Shown one piece after another: positions 47,136 through 57,378 of a DNA stretch of 64,000 nucleotides. Below the pieces are notes generated by a model. The model was given only the letters and a program-made list of their open reading frames with translations. It did no database searches and was not told the origin of the DNA. The stretch lies in assembly GCA_026936335.1 (NCBI GenBank), contig JAPMXV010000003.1, positions 367,181 to 431,180 of the forward strand. The letters run 5' to 3'. Both the position numbers and the translations under genes were made by a program. This DNA is from Mantamonas sphyraenae STR306 (lineage: Eukaryota > Protista > CRuMs). Within the stretch, counting starts at the first letter, position 1; the number at the start of each line of letters is the position of its first letter.

Positions 47136-49299
47136 TCAGCGTGCGTCGATTCGCTGCTGGCGTTCCCGCTTCCGCTTCATGCGCTCGTTGACATAAAAGT
47201 CGAGGACATTTGCGTTGGCCATGATACTGGATGGGGCGTAGTCGAGGACACGGAGGCCCTCGAGGGAGCGGACTCGGCTGAGGGCGACGTAGGCCTGACC
47301 GCACTCAAACACCTTGGAGAGAGACACCTGGACCTTGTCGAGAGTAAGGCCCTGGGACTTGTGGATGGTGACGGCCCAGGCGAGGTTGAGGGGCAGCTGT
47401 TCGCGCTGGGCTATCTCTGCGCCCATGGCGTCGTAGACGGTCCAGGCTCGGGGAGTGACGGTCTGAGTGCCAAACTCTTTGTTGGCAAAGCGGACGATGG
47501 GGAAGCGGGTCTTTGCGTCAAAGTCAACAATGACGCCGCGGGAGCCGTTGCGAAGGCCATCTTGGCCTTGATTGCGGACGATCATGACCTGGGCGCCCTG
47601 CTTGAGCTGCAGGACTTTCTTGAAGCGGGTGGTCTGCTCCAGGAGGCGATCGACCTCCTCGACCGACTTTGAGGCAGAGAGGCGCTTGTCGACGGCGACG
47701 TACTCCATGAGGTCGCCACGGAGCTTGAGGAGCTCTGTGCGGTTGATTCGGTCGACCTGTGCGTTGTGTGTGTGGAGCATGGTGGCCTTGATACCGTCGC
47801 CCTCGTCAAGAATGGTCTTTTTGGCACGTTCGAGGACCTGAATGTCGTTTGTGCTGAGCTGGCCAAAGCGGCAACCGCGGAGGAGATCGAGGAGTACAGG
47901 ATCGCGCTGGCGAAAGACTTGCTTGAGCTCGCAGACGCGGTCGATGCACTTGCTCCAGGAGGAGGCGTTGAATGCAAAGTCGTGGGGTTCGTCATTGTCC
48001 TTGCGAGGTTGGACCGGGGGAAGCTGGAAAAAGTCGCCACAGAGAATGAGCTGGATGCCGCCAAAAGGCTGGTCGTTGCGGCGAACCATGCGTGCGGCGT
48101 ACTCGAGCTTGTCAAAGAGGTCACCAGAGACCATGGAGATTTCGTCGATGATGAGGCGCTCGACACGGCGCCAGTTGGTGGCGTTTTTCTGGGCCATGGC
48201 AGCGCAGTCGTCTGGGCTGAGTTGGTCCGCGCGTGCACCCATACCGCTGAAGGAATGGATGGTTTGCCCCCACAGCTGTTGTGCAGCAATACCAGTGGAG
48301 GCAGTGGCGACTGTGCTGTACCTGTCGGAGGATTGGAGAATGACGCGGAGGAGGAAAGACTTGCCCGTGCCAGCACTGCCTGTAATAAAGACGCTCTTGC
48401 CTTCCTCGATTGCCTTGAGGACCTTGAGTTGTTCGCGGGACAGGAGCTTCTTTTGTTCGTCGAGCTCGCTGTCGTCGGGATTGGAGAGAAAGTTTTGGAA
48501 GGGGACGACCTGGGCGCGGGAGGAGGAGGATGAGGAGGGGTCGGATGCGCCGGAACCCTCGGCACGAACAGTGTTTGCCTTTGAGCGACGCTCGACCTGG
48601 ATGGCCTGCCCCGAGGAGGCGGAGGAGGCAGAGGGTGCTGAGGAAAGACGCTGTCGCTTGTTGGAGCCTGCGCCTTGGCCCTGGAGGGAACGCTTGCCTG
48701 GGGCATCATCTGTGCTGAGGGAGCTGTCTGTGCTGCTGTCTTCGTCGGGCAGGGCGATGGGCAGCGGGATCTTGCAGCGCGCGGCAAGGATGCGGACGAG
48801 CTCGGTGAGCTTGGAGCGATGGGCGTCGCCAATGAGCATGGTGACCTGGGAGAACTGGTTGCGCTGAAAGACGAGGGAACACATGCCGCGAAAGAGGTTG
48901 CGGACGTAGATGTTCTTGAGGGAGCGCAACTGCAACGGGTGGGAGCGTGAGTGTGTTTCGTACTTTTTGGCGGGAAGGGTTGGCGCCAAAACGCGGGGAT
49001 TTGAACGCACCGGCAGCTCCAGGGAGGGTTTGCCCATCTTGCCGTTAAAGTCGCCCTTGCGGACGCGGTTTGCTTCGTTGTAGAGGACGACAACGTGTCC
49101 TTGTGGGCCTTTGGGTGGTTTGGGTGAGGTGTCAGAAGAAGGGGGGGGGAATTTGCGGGAGCGCTGGGTGATCATTGGTGTCGGGAACCAACCGACCATC
49201 GGAGACCTCGATGCCGAGGGTGGCCGTAGGATACTTTTGGCGGCGCTTGAACTGGCCGTTGACGGTGTGCTCAAGGATGACCGCGCACTGGACCAACAT
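47136..49299 (-). CDS. PIF1: PIF1 5'-3' DNA helicase
   Basis: Exons 49299-49197 and 49108-47136; motifs TGSAGTGKS, IIDEISM, PFGGIQLILCGDFFQLPPV, AVTIHKSQGLTL and GQAYVALSR. Confidence 0.93.
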
Positions 49300-49345
49300 T
49301 GCTCGGAGTTGCTGCTGTGTTTTGTTGGGTTCAGCGTGGGCGGGA

Positions 49346-51427
49346 ATGAGCAAGCGAGTGTTGCCATGGGAAAAAGGGAAAGGGAAACAGAAGAGGAAAG
49401 TGGAGAGTGGTGGTGACGGTGACGGTGACGGTGACGGCGGTGCTGGACGGGTTGCACGGGAAGCAGGGGCCGGCGAAAAGCGCTCTGTAGATCGGGCGTT
49501 TGTGGAAGACATGCGCATGGTAGTGGGTGGAGAAAAGAGGCAGAGGGTGGATGATGGGTCGGCAGCGCGGGGCTGGGCGCAGAAGGACGGGTGTGTTGGA
49601 CGGCGGATGGTGGCCGGGAGAAACGGGAACCGCTCTCTGCAAGCGCTGTGTTTGGACGTGGTGCGAGAGCATCTGCGGAATCTGGACGACGGGATGTTGG
49701 ACTGGATGCCTGCAGAGATGGTTCGGTCGCTTGTGCGGCGGATCAGGAAGGTGGAGGATGTGCTGTGGCTGGAGTGGAACCTGGAGCGTTTGCTGCCGTC
49801 GGCGGAGACGGAGACGGCGGTGCGTTTGGAGATTGACGAAATGTGGCGGTGGATGCTGTGCAGAGAACTGGCGGAACAGTTGTTGCAGGCACAGAGCCGG
49901 AAGAGCCGTGTGCGGGTGGGATCGTTGGCAAAGGAGACCGGTGGGTTTCTGCCTCGGTTTCTGCACGAACATAGGCAGCTTTTGGAGGAGGTGCAGCTGG
50001 GCAAGGTGAGCATGCTGGGAGCAAAGAGCTGGAAGCAGCTGTTTGCGATGGTGACGTTGGGGCAGTTTGCAAAGAAGGCGGCGCGGAAGGAGTGGACGGC
50101 GCTGTTGTCGCCGCTTGTGGTGAGTGTGGATGTGAGGGTGAACGAAAAGAGGATGAGCACTGCAGCGGGGTTAAAGCGAGTGTGTGAATACTGTGGGGAT
50201 CATGTGCGGGATGCGGTGGTGGACGTGGGCCGTTGCGGAACGGAAGGGGTCAAGACAATGTTGGCGTTGGGGCAATTGCGGTCGTTGTCAGTGATGGCGG
50301 CGGGACCTGTGCGTGAGATGCGCCACCGGGATTGGAGGGTGGAGGGTGGGTGGGTGGGCAAGGGTTTGGAGCATGTGTCGATCGACACGGGCGAGTGTGT
50401 GCTGGAGGAGCGGTCGCTGGTGGAGCTGATGTCATGTGGGCTGAAGAGTGTGCAAGTGAGTTTTGTGCAGCGTGGACTGGCGGGGGCGTTTGCGAAGGGT
50501 TTGGAGTTGAATCCGGGCACGCTGCGGGAGGTGCGTGTGGACGTGAATTCGAGCGTGCCGTCGACGATGCTAGACGGGCTGAAGGCGAGCGACCTGCCAT
50601 CGTTGAAGCGTCTGGTTGTGCGAGGGAGGCTAAGCGACACTGGAGTGCGTGTTGTGAGCACGCTGGGTCTGGAGTCGCTGTGGGTGGAGTTGGCGGGAGA
50701 GAAACAGGGGCGGTTGCTTGTGGGGATGGCGGAAGATGACGAGGAATTCGAGCGGGTGGGCACGAATGCATGTCGTGAAGCGCTGGAGGAGCTGACGGTG
50801 GCGTGTGGACAGGACGAGACGCGGTTTGGGCGGTTTGTGTTTCGATGCAAGCGGTTGAAGCGGCTGAGCATGTTGGATGCAGTGGGTCACGAGATGCGTC
50901 CGCTGACGATGGGCAACGACTATGTTAAAGAGCTGGTGGACGGGTGCAGTGAGCTGGAGATGGTGCATGTGGAGCGTATGGAGGGGCTGCGACCGTTGGG
51001 ACTTGCGATTCTGGGGCAGCATGTGCGGCATGTGGTGCTGTACGCATGCGGGTTCTGGCCGCAAAAGGAACTGGGGGCCGTGGTGCTGGATGTGAGAGAA
51101 GGGAATGTGGAGGCGGGGATAGCATGCGTGCGTCTTGAGGTCCACGGAATGGGTTGGACGAGGAACGAGCTGGAGCTTGTGAGCGAGCTGTTGCCAAATG
51201 TGGAAGAGGTGGATGTGGTGGGGTGTCGGTATGTGAGCCGTGACGACTGTGTCGGGTTGTGGTGTGGGAAGGAGGGCGAGGGGACGTTGGAACGAGTGGC
51301 AGCGGTGTTGCCGTGCAGCGACTTTGTGCGGATGGTGGATAAGGGCAAGAGGAAGATCGATGGGGTGTGGCCACAGTTGAAGCGATTGCATGTGCCCGGA
51401 ATGTTGTTGATTGAGGGGTCAAGCTGA
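49346..51427 (+). CDS. Leucine-rich-repeat (RNI/F-box-LRR-like) protein
   Basis: SLQALCLDVV..LDWMPAEM followed by LxxLxL-type repeats (LRSLSV, LKRLVV, LEELTV, LKRLSM). The start codon is uncertain. Confidence 0.65.
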   Translation: MSKRVLPWEKGKGKQKRKVESGGDGDGDGDGGAGRVAREAGAGEKRSVDRAFVEDMRMVVGGEKRQRVDDGSAARGWAQKDGCVGRRMVAGRNGNRSLQALCLDVVREHLRNLDDGMLDWMPAEMVRSLVRRIRKVEDVLWLEWNLERLLPSAETETAVRLEIDEMWRWMLCRELAEQLLQAQSRKSRVRVGSLAKETGGFLPRFLHEHRQLLEEVQLGKVSMLGAKSWKQLFAMVTLGQFAKKAARKEWTALLSPLVVSVDVRVNEKRMSTAAGLKRVCEYCGDHVRDAVVDVGRCGTEGVKTMLALGQLRSLSVMAAGPVREMRHRDWRVEGGWVGKGLEHVSIDTGECVLEERSLVELMSCGLKSVQVSFVQRGLAGAFAKGLELNPGTLREVRVDVNSSVPSTMLDGLKASDLPSLKRLVVRGRLSDTGVRVVSTLGLESLWVELAGEKQGRLLVGMAEDDEEFERVGTNACREALEELTVACGQDETRFGRFVFRCKRLKRLSMLDAVGHEMRPLTMGNDYVKELVDGCSELEMVHVERMEGLRPLGLAILGQHVRHVVLYACGFWPQKELGAVVLDVREGNVEAGIACVRLEVHGMGWTRNELELVSELLPNVEEVDVVGCRYVSRDDCVGLWCGKEGEGTLERVAAVLPCSDFVRMVDKGKRKIDGVWPQLKRLHVPGMLLIEGSS

Positions 51428-54400
51428 GGAGGACTCGCGCTTTCGTTTCCAGGCGGCCCACCAGACGAGATCGGGGTCGCGGACGGCTATGGCGTCAAGA
51501 ACACGCTGGGCGTCGGATTGGAAGGGGGGAAGGTCGAGGTAGGGCTGGAGAGCGAGGACGGCGGGCCGAGCGACAGGATCGAGGGCCGGGGCGGCGGTGT
51601 GGAGAAGGTGGAGAAGGGCAGTGTGCAAGCGGCGCTGATGGATGGTTGGCTGATGGGAAGGTTTTGGAGGGTGCATCCAGTGGTGGAGGATGGGCCAGAT
51701 GGACTCGCGGATGCGTCGAGACACAAAGTCTGGGCAGGCTATGTACATGGTGCGTAGAAGCGGGAGGATGGCGAGGGCGGCGTTGATGTCGAGGTTGTGG
51801 CTATCGTCGAGGGAGGCGAGGAGACGCGGCCAGACGGCGTGGATGACGGGCATGAGGAGGTCAGAGTGGGGCGCGAGGAGGATTACGCCGCGAGCGAGGA
51901 CGTCGCAGACGACGTCGCGGTGTGTTTGTACAAAATGAACAGAGTGATGCATGCTCTCGACGACGAGATCGAGCATGGGGGAAGGCGAAGGGGAAGGAGA
52001 CGGGGAGGGAGGCGAGGAGAGGGGAGGAGATTGTTGTTCCGGGGTGTTGGTGAGTACGTGCATGCCTTGCTGGACCGCTTCCATGGATAGGGGTTTTGTG
52101 GAAGAGGAGGAGGAGGAGGAGGAGGAGGTGAGAAGCAGGGAGTCGAGTTGAGACCAGGCCTGGCGCGGGGTGGGGGTGGTTGGTGGGGCAGTGGTGGGTG
52201 GGGCCGGGAGAGCATGAAGGAGGGCGTGGAGGACTTGGAGGGCGTTGCGTACGGCGTACGGGTGGGCGGACTCGAGAGTATGGAAGACGCTGCGGATGGG
52301 GTCTTGGAAGAGAGCCTGGTCGACAGAGTCGACGCACTGGAGGATGCCGAGGAGAACCTGGTTTGCACGCGGGAAGGAGTGCCAAGCTTGCATGCGCTGA
52401 AAGACGTCTTCGACGAGATAGTCGGCGTTTGCGGTGACAAGGGTGGAGAGGGAGTCGTGGTTGCAGGCAAGGGCGACGGCGTCGAGGGTGCGGCGAGCGT
52501 GGGTGGCGACGATGGGGCTGGGGTCGCCGAGCTTTTCGAGAAGCGGGTACAGATTGTGCATGAGGAGGTCGTCAAATTGGAGCTGGAGGCGTTGGGCAAA
52601 CAGTTGGATGGACTGGAGCATGAGCTGGTTGAGGACAATGTGGAGGGGTAGGAGGGACGGGTCTGCGCGGTGATGCTTGGTGGAGGTGGAGAGGCCCCAA
52701 AGGGCGGGCTGGGTGAATTCCTCGATGATGGCTTGGGCGTAGGAGTAGATTTCGTGTGTGGGAGCGTCTGTGCCGCGTATGGCATGGCCGAGAATCCAAA
52801 CGGCGCTGGGCCAGGCGACGCGGGCACGCGGGTCCTGGAGAACGTCGAGGAGGAGGTCAACAACAAGTGGGAGGGCGTCTGAGGAGGCGAGGGTGGCAGC
52901 AAGGTCAAGTAGAGCGGTGGCAACGTGCGGATTGCGTACGTGGAGCAGATGGTGAGTGAGGTCCTGGCCGGAGAGGGCAACGGCGTCGTCGTGGTCGATC
53001 TGGAGACACTGGAGGAGGTCTGCAAGCAGGTCTCTGCGTAGTGAGGGCGGGCAGGTGGAGGCGAGGAGGCGGAGGTGGCCCGTGAGCTGAGCGAGGAGGC
53101 GAAGCTTGTCGTCCTCGTTGATGGAGTGTATGGTGCGGAGGAGGGAGCGTGCGAGCTGGGCGAGGTTTGCGTTGAGGAGCTTGTGGACCTGAGGAGGGAG
53201 GTGGGTGGAGTCGTGGCGGAGGTCGTTGCCATGGAGAAAGGCGTCGAGGGCGAGGGTGGCGAGCTGGGCGACGTGCTCATGTGGATCTGAGGCAAGGCCG
53301 ACGAGAGCTTGGACACAAGGAGCAGCACAGTCGGGGAGGGAGTGAATGCAGTCGCAGAGGATGTTCTGGGCTGTGTCGACAATGGCAGCACGGACGGCGT
53401 GGTGTTTGTGGCCGGCGAGAGCGGTGAGACGGCGAGTGAGGACGAGGATAGCTTGGGCGGTTGAGGAGAGGTAGTCGGAGGTGAATTGGACGGTGAGGGG
53501 GGTTGATGGGGAGGAGGGGGAGGGGGAGGAGGGGGTTGAGGGGGTGGTGGAGGAGGCGAGTTGGTGGAGAGAGCGGAGGGCGGATGCAGTTGAGGAGGAG
53601 GAGGAGGAGGAGGAGGAGGAGGAGGAGGAGGAGGAGAGCCAGGAGTCGGACATGACAAAGGTGACGAGAGAGTCAAAGGCGGCAATGGAGGCGAGGACGA
53701 GGGGGTGGCCTTGCTGGACAAGGCCTTGAGCAGCTCGGACGAGGACAGAGGCGGTCTTGGGGAGGACCCAAGCGGCAAGAGAGCGGTCGCGTGCAGCTCG
53801 GAGGAGGAGAAGGAGCTGGTGGAGGCAGCGGACGGCGAGGAGGCGGAGGGGTCGGGGATTGTCTTGTTGGGCGAGGAGGTCGACGTGGAGGGAGATGAGG
53901 TGGGCTACGAGGAGGCGGTTGTCGTTGTCGGACAGGCAGGTGTCGAGATCTGCGTGGACGGATGCATTGTGGCGTGCGTGGAGGAGGGCGTAGAGGGCGG
54001 AAGAGGCCTTGGTGAGGCGATCTTCGAGGGCGGACGGGACGCGCGCGTCGAGGAGAGAGTGCGTGAGGGCAGAGAGAAGCTGGTCGAGAAAGAGGAGGAG
54101 GGAAAAGGCACGGGCCATGTCGATGGAGCCGTGGTCGGGGTGGAAGGCGGTTGCGGCGAGGGCGGCGAGCGCATCGAGGGCTGCCTCGTGCTCTCTGTGG
54201 TGGATGTGGATGGAGAGAAGGATGTGCTGGAGAGGGTAGGCGATGTACTCGAAAAAGGTGTGGAGGTCGGGGACCGGGAGGTTGTGGATGAGGGTGTGGA
54301 GGTCGAGGAGGGCGTCGTAGAGAGCCTGGCGGTGCTGGGCTCGCTGGTCGGAGGAGGCGTCAGATGGGAGCGGGGAGCATGCGTTCATGATGGCCACGCA

Positions 54401-54430
54401 GGTGGGTTTGAGGGAGTCGAAGGAGGACAT
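51419..54430 (-). CDS. TTI1: TELO2-interacting protein 1 (HEAT repeats)
   Basis: Motifs FDSLKPTCVAI, EYIAYPL, LYPLLEKLG, ANADYLV, LMPVIHAVWP and DPDLVW. Confidence 0.85.
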   Translation of the reverse strand: MSSFDSLKPTCVAIMNACSPLPSDASSDQRAQHRQALYDALLDLHTLIHNLPVPDLHTFFEYIAYPLQHILLSIHIHHREHEAALDALAALAATAFHPDHGSIDMARAFSLLLFLDQLLSALTHSLLDARVPSALEDRLTKASSALYALLHARHNASVHADLDTCLSDNDNRLLVAHLISLHVDLLAQQDNPRPLRLLAVRCLHQLLLLLRAARDRSLAAWVLPKTASVLVRAAQGLVQQGHPLVLASIAAFDSLVTFVMSDSWLSSSSSSSSSSSSSSSTASALRSLHQLASSTTPSTPSSPSPSSPSTPLTVQFTSDYLSSTAQAILVLTRRLTALAGHKHHAVRAAIVDTAQNILCDCIHSLPDCAAPCVQALVGLASDPHEHVAQLATLALDAFLHGNDLRHDSTHLPPQVHKLLNANLAQLARSLLRTIHSINEDDKLRLLAQLTGHLRLLASTCPPSLRRDLLADLLQCLQIDHDDAVALSGQDLTHHLLHVRNPHVATALLDLAATLASSDALPLVVDLLLDVLQDPRARVAWPSAVWILGHAIRGTDAPTHEIYSYAQAIIEEFTQPALWGLSTSTKHHRADPSLLPLHIVLNQLMLQSIQLFAQRLQLQFDDLLMHNLYPLLEKLGDPSPIVATHARRTLDAVALACNHDSLSTLVTANADYLVEDVFQRMQAWHSFPRANQVLLGILQCVDSVDQALFQDPIRSVFHTLESAHPYAVRNALQVLHALLHALPAPPTTAPPTTPTPRQAWSQLDSLLLTSSSSSSSSSTKPLSMEAVQQGMHVLTNTPEQQSPPLSSPPSPSPSPSPSPMLDLVVESMHHSVHFVQTHRDVVCDVLARGVILLAPHSDLLMPVIHAVWPRLLASLDDSHNLDINAALAILPLLRTMYIACPDFVSRRIRESIWPILHHWMHPPKPSHQPTIHQRRLHTALLHLLHTAAPALDPVARPAVLALQPYLDLPPFQSDAQRVLDAIAVRDPDLVWWAAWKRKRESSSA

Positions 54431-54501
54431 GACGTGCGGGAGGGTGTTTTTTGTGTGCGGGTGCGCAGAGGGAGGCAAGAACAAAGGGCTCGAAGGAGGT
54501 G

Positions 54502-56631
54502 ATGGAGGATTCACATGTGGAAGACGTAGCGGATGCGATCTCGTTGCTTGCAAGCCAGAGCCGCGGGAGCAACAGTCCAGGGTGGGCAAAGACGCCGCCG
54601 AGGCTGCCGGTGCTGGATCGGGTGGAGGGTTTGGCGAGCACGGACGACGATGTAGCCGGCGTGGACATGCGAGACACAAAGCGCAAGACTATTGTGAGTT
54701 TCGATGACACGGCGACGCGCATGTTTACGCCGTCGCCGATTGTGAGCGAGGTGTCGGACTCGTTGTCGTCGCGGCCGTCGACGCGGCAGTTGTCGATGGA
54801 CAGCGGGTCTGGATTCAGCGAGTGGTCGCGTAGCGTGTCGCCATTTAGCGACGGGGCGTCGACGGTGTCGCGGCGTACGATGCGGTCGTCGCGCGCGTCG
54901 TCAGTGGACTTGGAGTCGTTGTACAGCCGGGCGTCGTCGCCCTTGGGCTCCGTGTCTTCGCGGCGAAGCGAACCGGACATGAGCGAAGCAGCAGACAGGC
55001 TTTTGCGTGGGCGGAACAGCAAGAATGCGTCGTATGTGATGCGTGTGGAGAACAACCTGCGACCGGTGGTGAATTTGGATCAGGTGCGGACGGCGCTGGC
55101 GGCGGCTGTGCGGTCGGAGGCGGTGGCAAAGAAGGGCCGATGGTCTGCAGAGGAGCACGAGGCATTCCGACAGGCTGTGGTGGAGCATGGGCGCAACTGG
55201 ACGCAGATTGCAAAGGTGCTGCCGGGGCGGACGGCGGCGCAGGTGAAGAACCACGCGTGGGTGCACATCCAGCGGCTGGAAGGGATGGAGGCGGCATCGA
55301 TTGCGGAGGACGGGTTCCTGAGCGCACTGCAAGGCGGGGTGGAGGGCGGGGACGAGGAGGAGGAGGAGGAGGAGGAGGACGAGGTGGACAGCGGGTTTGC
55401 AGAGGATGAGGTGAGCGAGGCGGAGAAAAAGGCCAACGCGGAGTACTTTAGTGGAAAGCCGAGGCAGACGCCCGAGCGGTATGTGAAGATTCGGAACCAT
55501 ATCGTGGGACGGTGGCAGGAAACGAAGCCGAAGTACCTGACAAAAACCAAGGCGCGGAAGGGGTTGAAGGGAGTTGGGGACGTGAACGGCATCGGGCGGG
55601 TGTTTGACTACTTGGAACAGGTGGGATGGATCAACAAGGGGGTGCAGGGGCGGTACAAGAGGCGGCGGCCGCAAGAGACACAGCTGGAGGCACTCGGGGT
55701 GGACGAAAAGCGGCAACGCGTGGAGAGCGGGGAGAGACGGCGGCGAAGACGGGTGGAGGAGGAGGAGGAGTGGATGCGGGCGCAGGTGGAGGGGATACGG
55801 TCGAGGCAGCGGAAAGTCCGGAAGCAAGCGGCCCGGAAGCGGCAAGAGGCAGCGGCGGCGCGTGCGTTGGCAGAGGAGGAGGAGGAGGATGGAGAAGAAG
55901 CACTTGCAAGCGATCTGCGTCTGATTGGATGCCAAAAGCACGGGGAGGGAGGTGGGTTTGCAGTGCGTACAAACGTGTGGGCGCTGGCGGTGATGGATGC
56001 ACACGCACATGGGTGGCGGGATGAGGTGATGGGGATGTTGGGAGGGCGTGTGTTGGATGGAGGGGGCGGGGTGGAGATTGTGGCAGCGATTCCGTGTCGG
56101 ACGAGCGGCGGGAGCGGGGTGGAGTGCGAGATGGACGCAGTGTCGCAAAGCGAGGCGCGAGAGTATGCAGAGGAGAGGGGACTTGTGCTTGTGGGGTGGT
56201 ACCATTCGCACCCGCGGTTTGCGGCCAATCCGTCGATGCGGGACATTGAGACACAGCTGGCGTACCAGCAGGTGTTTGGGATGACGGGGACGCCGTTTGT
56301 GGGGATCATTGTGAGTCCATACGGAGACGGTTGGCGAAGCGGAGAGGCGAGTACGGTGCGGGTGTTTCATGTGGATGGCCAGGTGCCGTTTGCACTGGAG
56401 GAGGAGCGGGAGGATCTGGGGTGGGGGGAGGAGGCAGTACGGCTGGTGGGAGAGGTGGTGGAGGCCGGGCGGAAGGTGAAAGGTGGGTTGTTGAGCAAAG
56501 GGGAGTATGTGGAACATCTGGTGAGCAGTGTGTGCGGGTGGGTGGGACAGGAGGTGTCGCGGAAAGGAGCGATTGTGAAGCGGATGTTGAGTGTATTGGA
56601 GGGGCAAGGGTCGAGAGAGGAGAGTGATTAG
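54502..56631 (+). CDS. MYSM1: MYSM1-like deubiquitinase (Myb/SANT + SWIRM + MPN/JAMM)
   Basis: SANT GRWSAEEH..RTAAQVKNHA; SWIRM TPERYVKIRNHI..GDVNGIGRVFDYLEQVGWIN; JAMM GWYHSHPRFAANPSMRD. Confidence 0.88.
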   Translation: MEDSHVEDVADAISLLASQSRGSNSPGWAKTPPRLPVLDRVEGLASTDDDVAGVDMRDTKRKTIVSFDDTATRMFTPSPIVSEVSDSLSSRPSTRQLSMDSGSGFSEWSRSVSPFSDGASTVSRRTMRSSRASSVDLESLYSRASSPLGSVSSRRSEPDMSEAADRLLRGRNSKNASYVMRVENNLRPVVNLDQVRTALAAAVRSEAVAKKGRWSAEEHEAFRQAVVEHGRNWTQIAKVLPGRTAAQVKNHAWVHIQRLEGMEAASIAEDGFLSALQGGVEGGDEEEEEEEEDEVDSGFAEDEVSEAEKKANAEYFSGKPRQTPERYVKIRNHIVGRWQETKPKYLTKTKARKGLKGVGDVNGIGRVFDYLEQVGWINKGVQGRYKRRRPQETQLEALGVDEKRQRVESGERRRRRRVEEEEEWMRAQVEGIRSRQRKVRKQAARKRQEAAAARALAEEEEEDGEEALASDLRLIGCQKHGEGGGFAVRTNVWALAVMDAHAHGWRDEVMGMLGGRVLDGGGGVEIVAAIPCRTSGGSGVECEMDAVSQSEAREYAEERGLVLVGWYHSHPRFAANPSMRDIETQLAYQQVFGMTGTPFVGIIVSPYGDGWRSGEASTVRVFHVDGQVPFALEEEREDLGWGEEAVRLVGEVVEAGRKVKGGLLSKGEYVEHLVSSVCGWVGQEVSRKGAIVKRMLSVLEGQGSREESD

Positions 56632-57319
56632 GGGCCAAAGAGGTTGACGACAAGAAAGTCACCGATTTCAAAGCCAAGGTCGTCGAGGGGCTTGCGGTTG
56701 TGGTCGTTGCGATGTTTCCTCTTTGCGCCGCAGGAACGGCCGAGCTTGCGCATGTTGTAGTCGCCGTACTTGGTGGGGTAGACGATTTCAAAGTCAAGCT
56801 CGACTGCGTCGTCGGTGACTTCGGGAAAGACGTCGGAGAGGAGGGAGTGGATTTCCGAGAGGGTTGCGTCGCGCCTGGGGAAGTGGACGGAGGGGGAGAG
56901 GGGTGAGACGAGGGGCGGAGAGGGCGGGCGGGGCGGAGAGTGGGCGGGGTGAAGGGGGGTGGGGCGTACCAGGTGTAGATGTTGACAGTTTCTGCGGGGA
57001 GGCGGCGCGGGTCATGGAAATCGCGGGGACTGAAAGTTCGAGCCGACGCGAGGAGAGAGCGGGCGGGGGGGGGGGCGGTGGGAGCGGGTGAGTGGTTTGG
57101 ACAAGAGGGGAAGGGGGAATGGGGGGAGGGGGAAGGGAGGGGGCACACGCACAGCCAATGGTCGCGGCGGGTGAGGCCGACGTAAACGCGGAGGAGGAAC
57201 GGGGTGGTGGCCTCGCGGTCGACAGACAGCTTGGGGCGCTTGGAGGAGGAGGAGCGTTTGGAGGAGGAGCGTTTGGAGGAGGAGCGCTTGGAGGATGAAG
57301 AGGTGTCTGTGGTGGACAT
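56628..57319 (-). CDS. SAP18: Sin3-associated protein SAP18
   Basis: Three exons giving VDREATTPFLLRVY, IYTW|RDATLSE and LDDLGFEIGDFL. Confidence 0.88.
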
Positions 57320-57378
57320 CGGTGGTGGTGACTTTGGGCCAGCGAGGGCACGGCCGCGCCAAACGGAATCCTGGACCA

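Noticed and set aside
47136-49299. PIF1 as part of a Helitron
   Set aside because: No Rep/HUH domain; it has an N-terminal extension like cellular PIF1 and an ordinary gene context.
49360-49373. RFX X-box-like GTTGCCATGGGAAA (similar at 29334)
   Set aside because: Imperfect matches at or inside coding starts, and none found at the ciliary genes ARL13B or RSPH3.
44559-54430. Functional telomere-maintenance cluster (BAF, PIF1, TTI1) near the chromosome end
   Set aside because: The genes are interspersed with unrelated ones, and TTI1 is a PIKK chaperone subunit; chance adjacency is sufficient.
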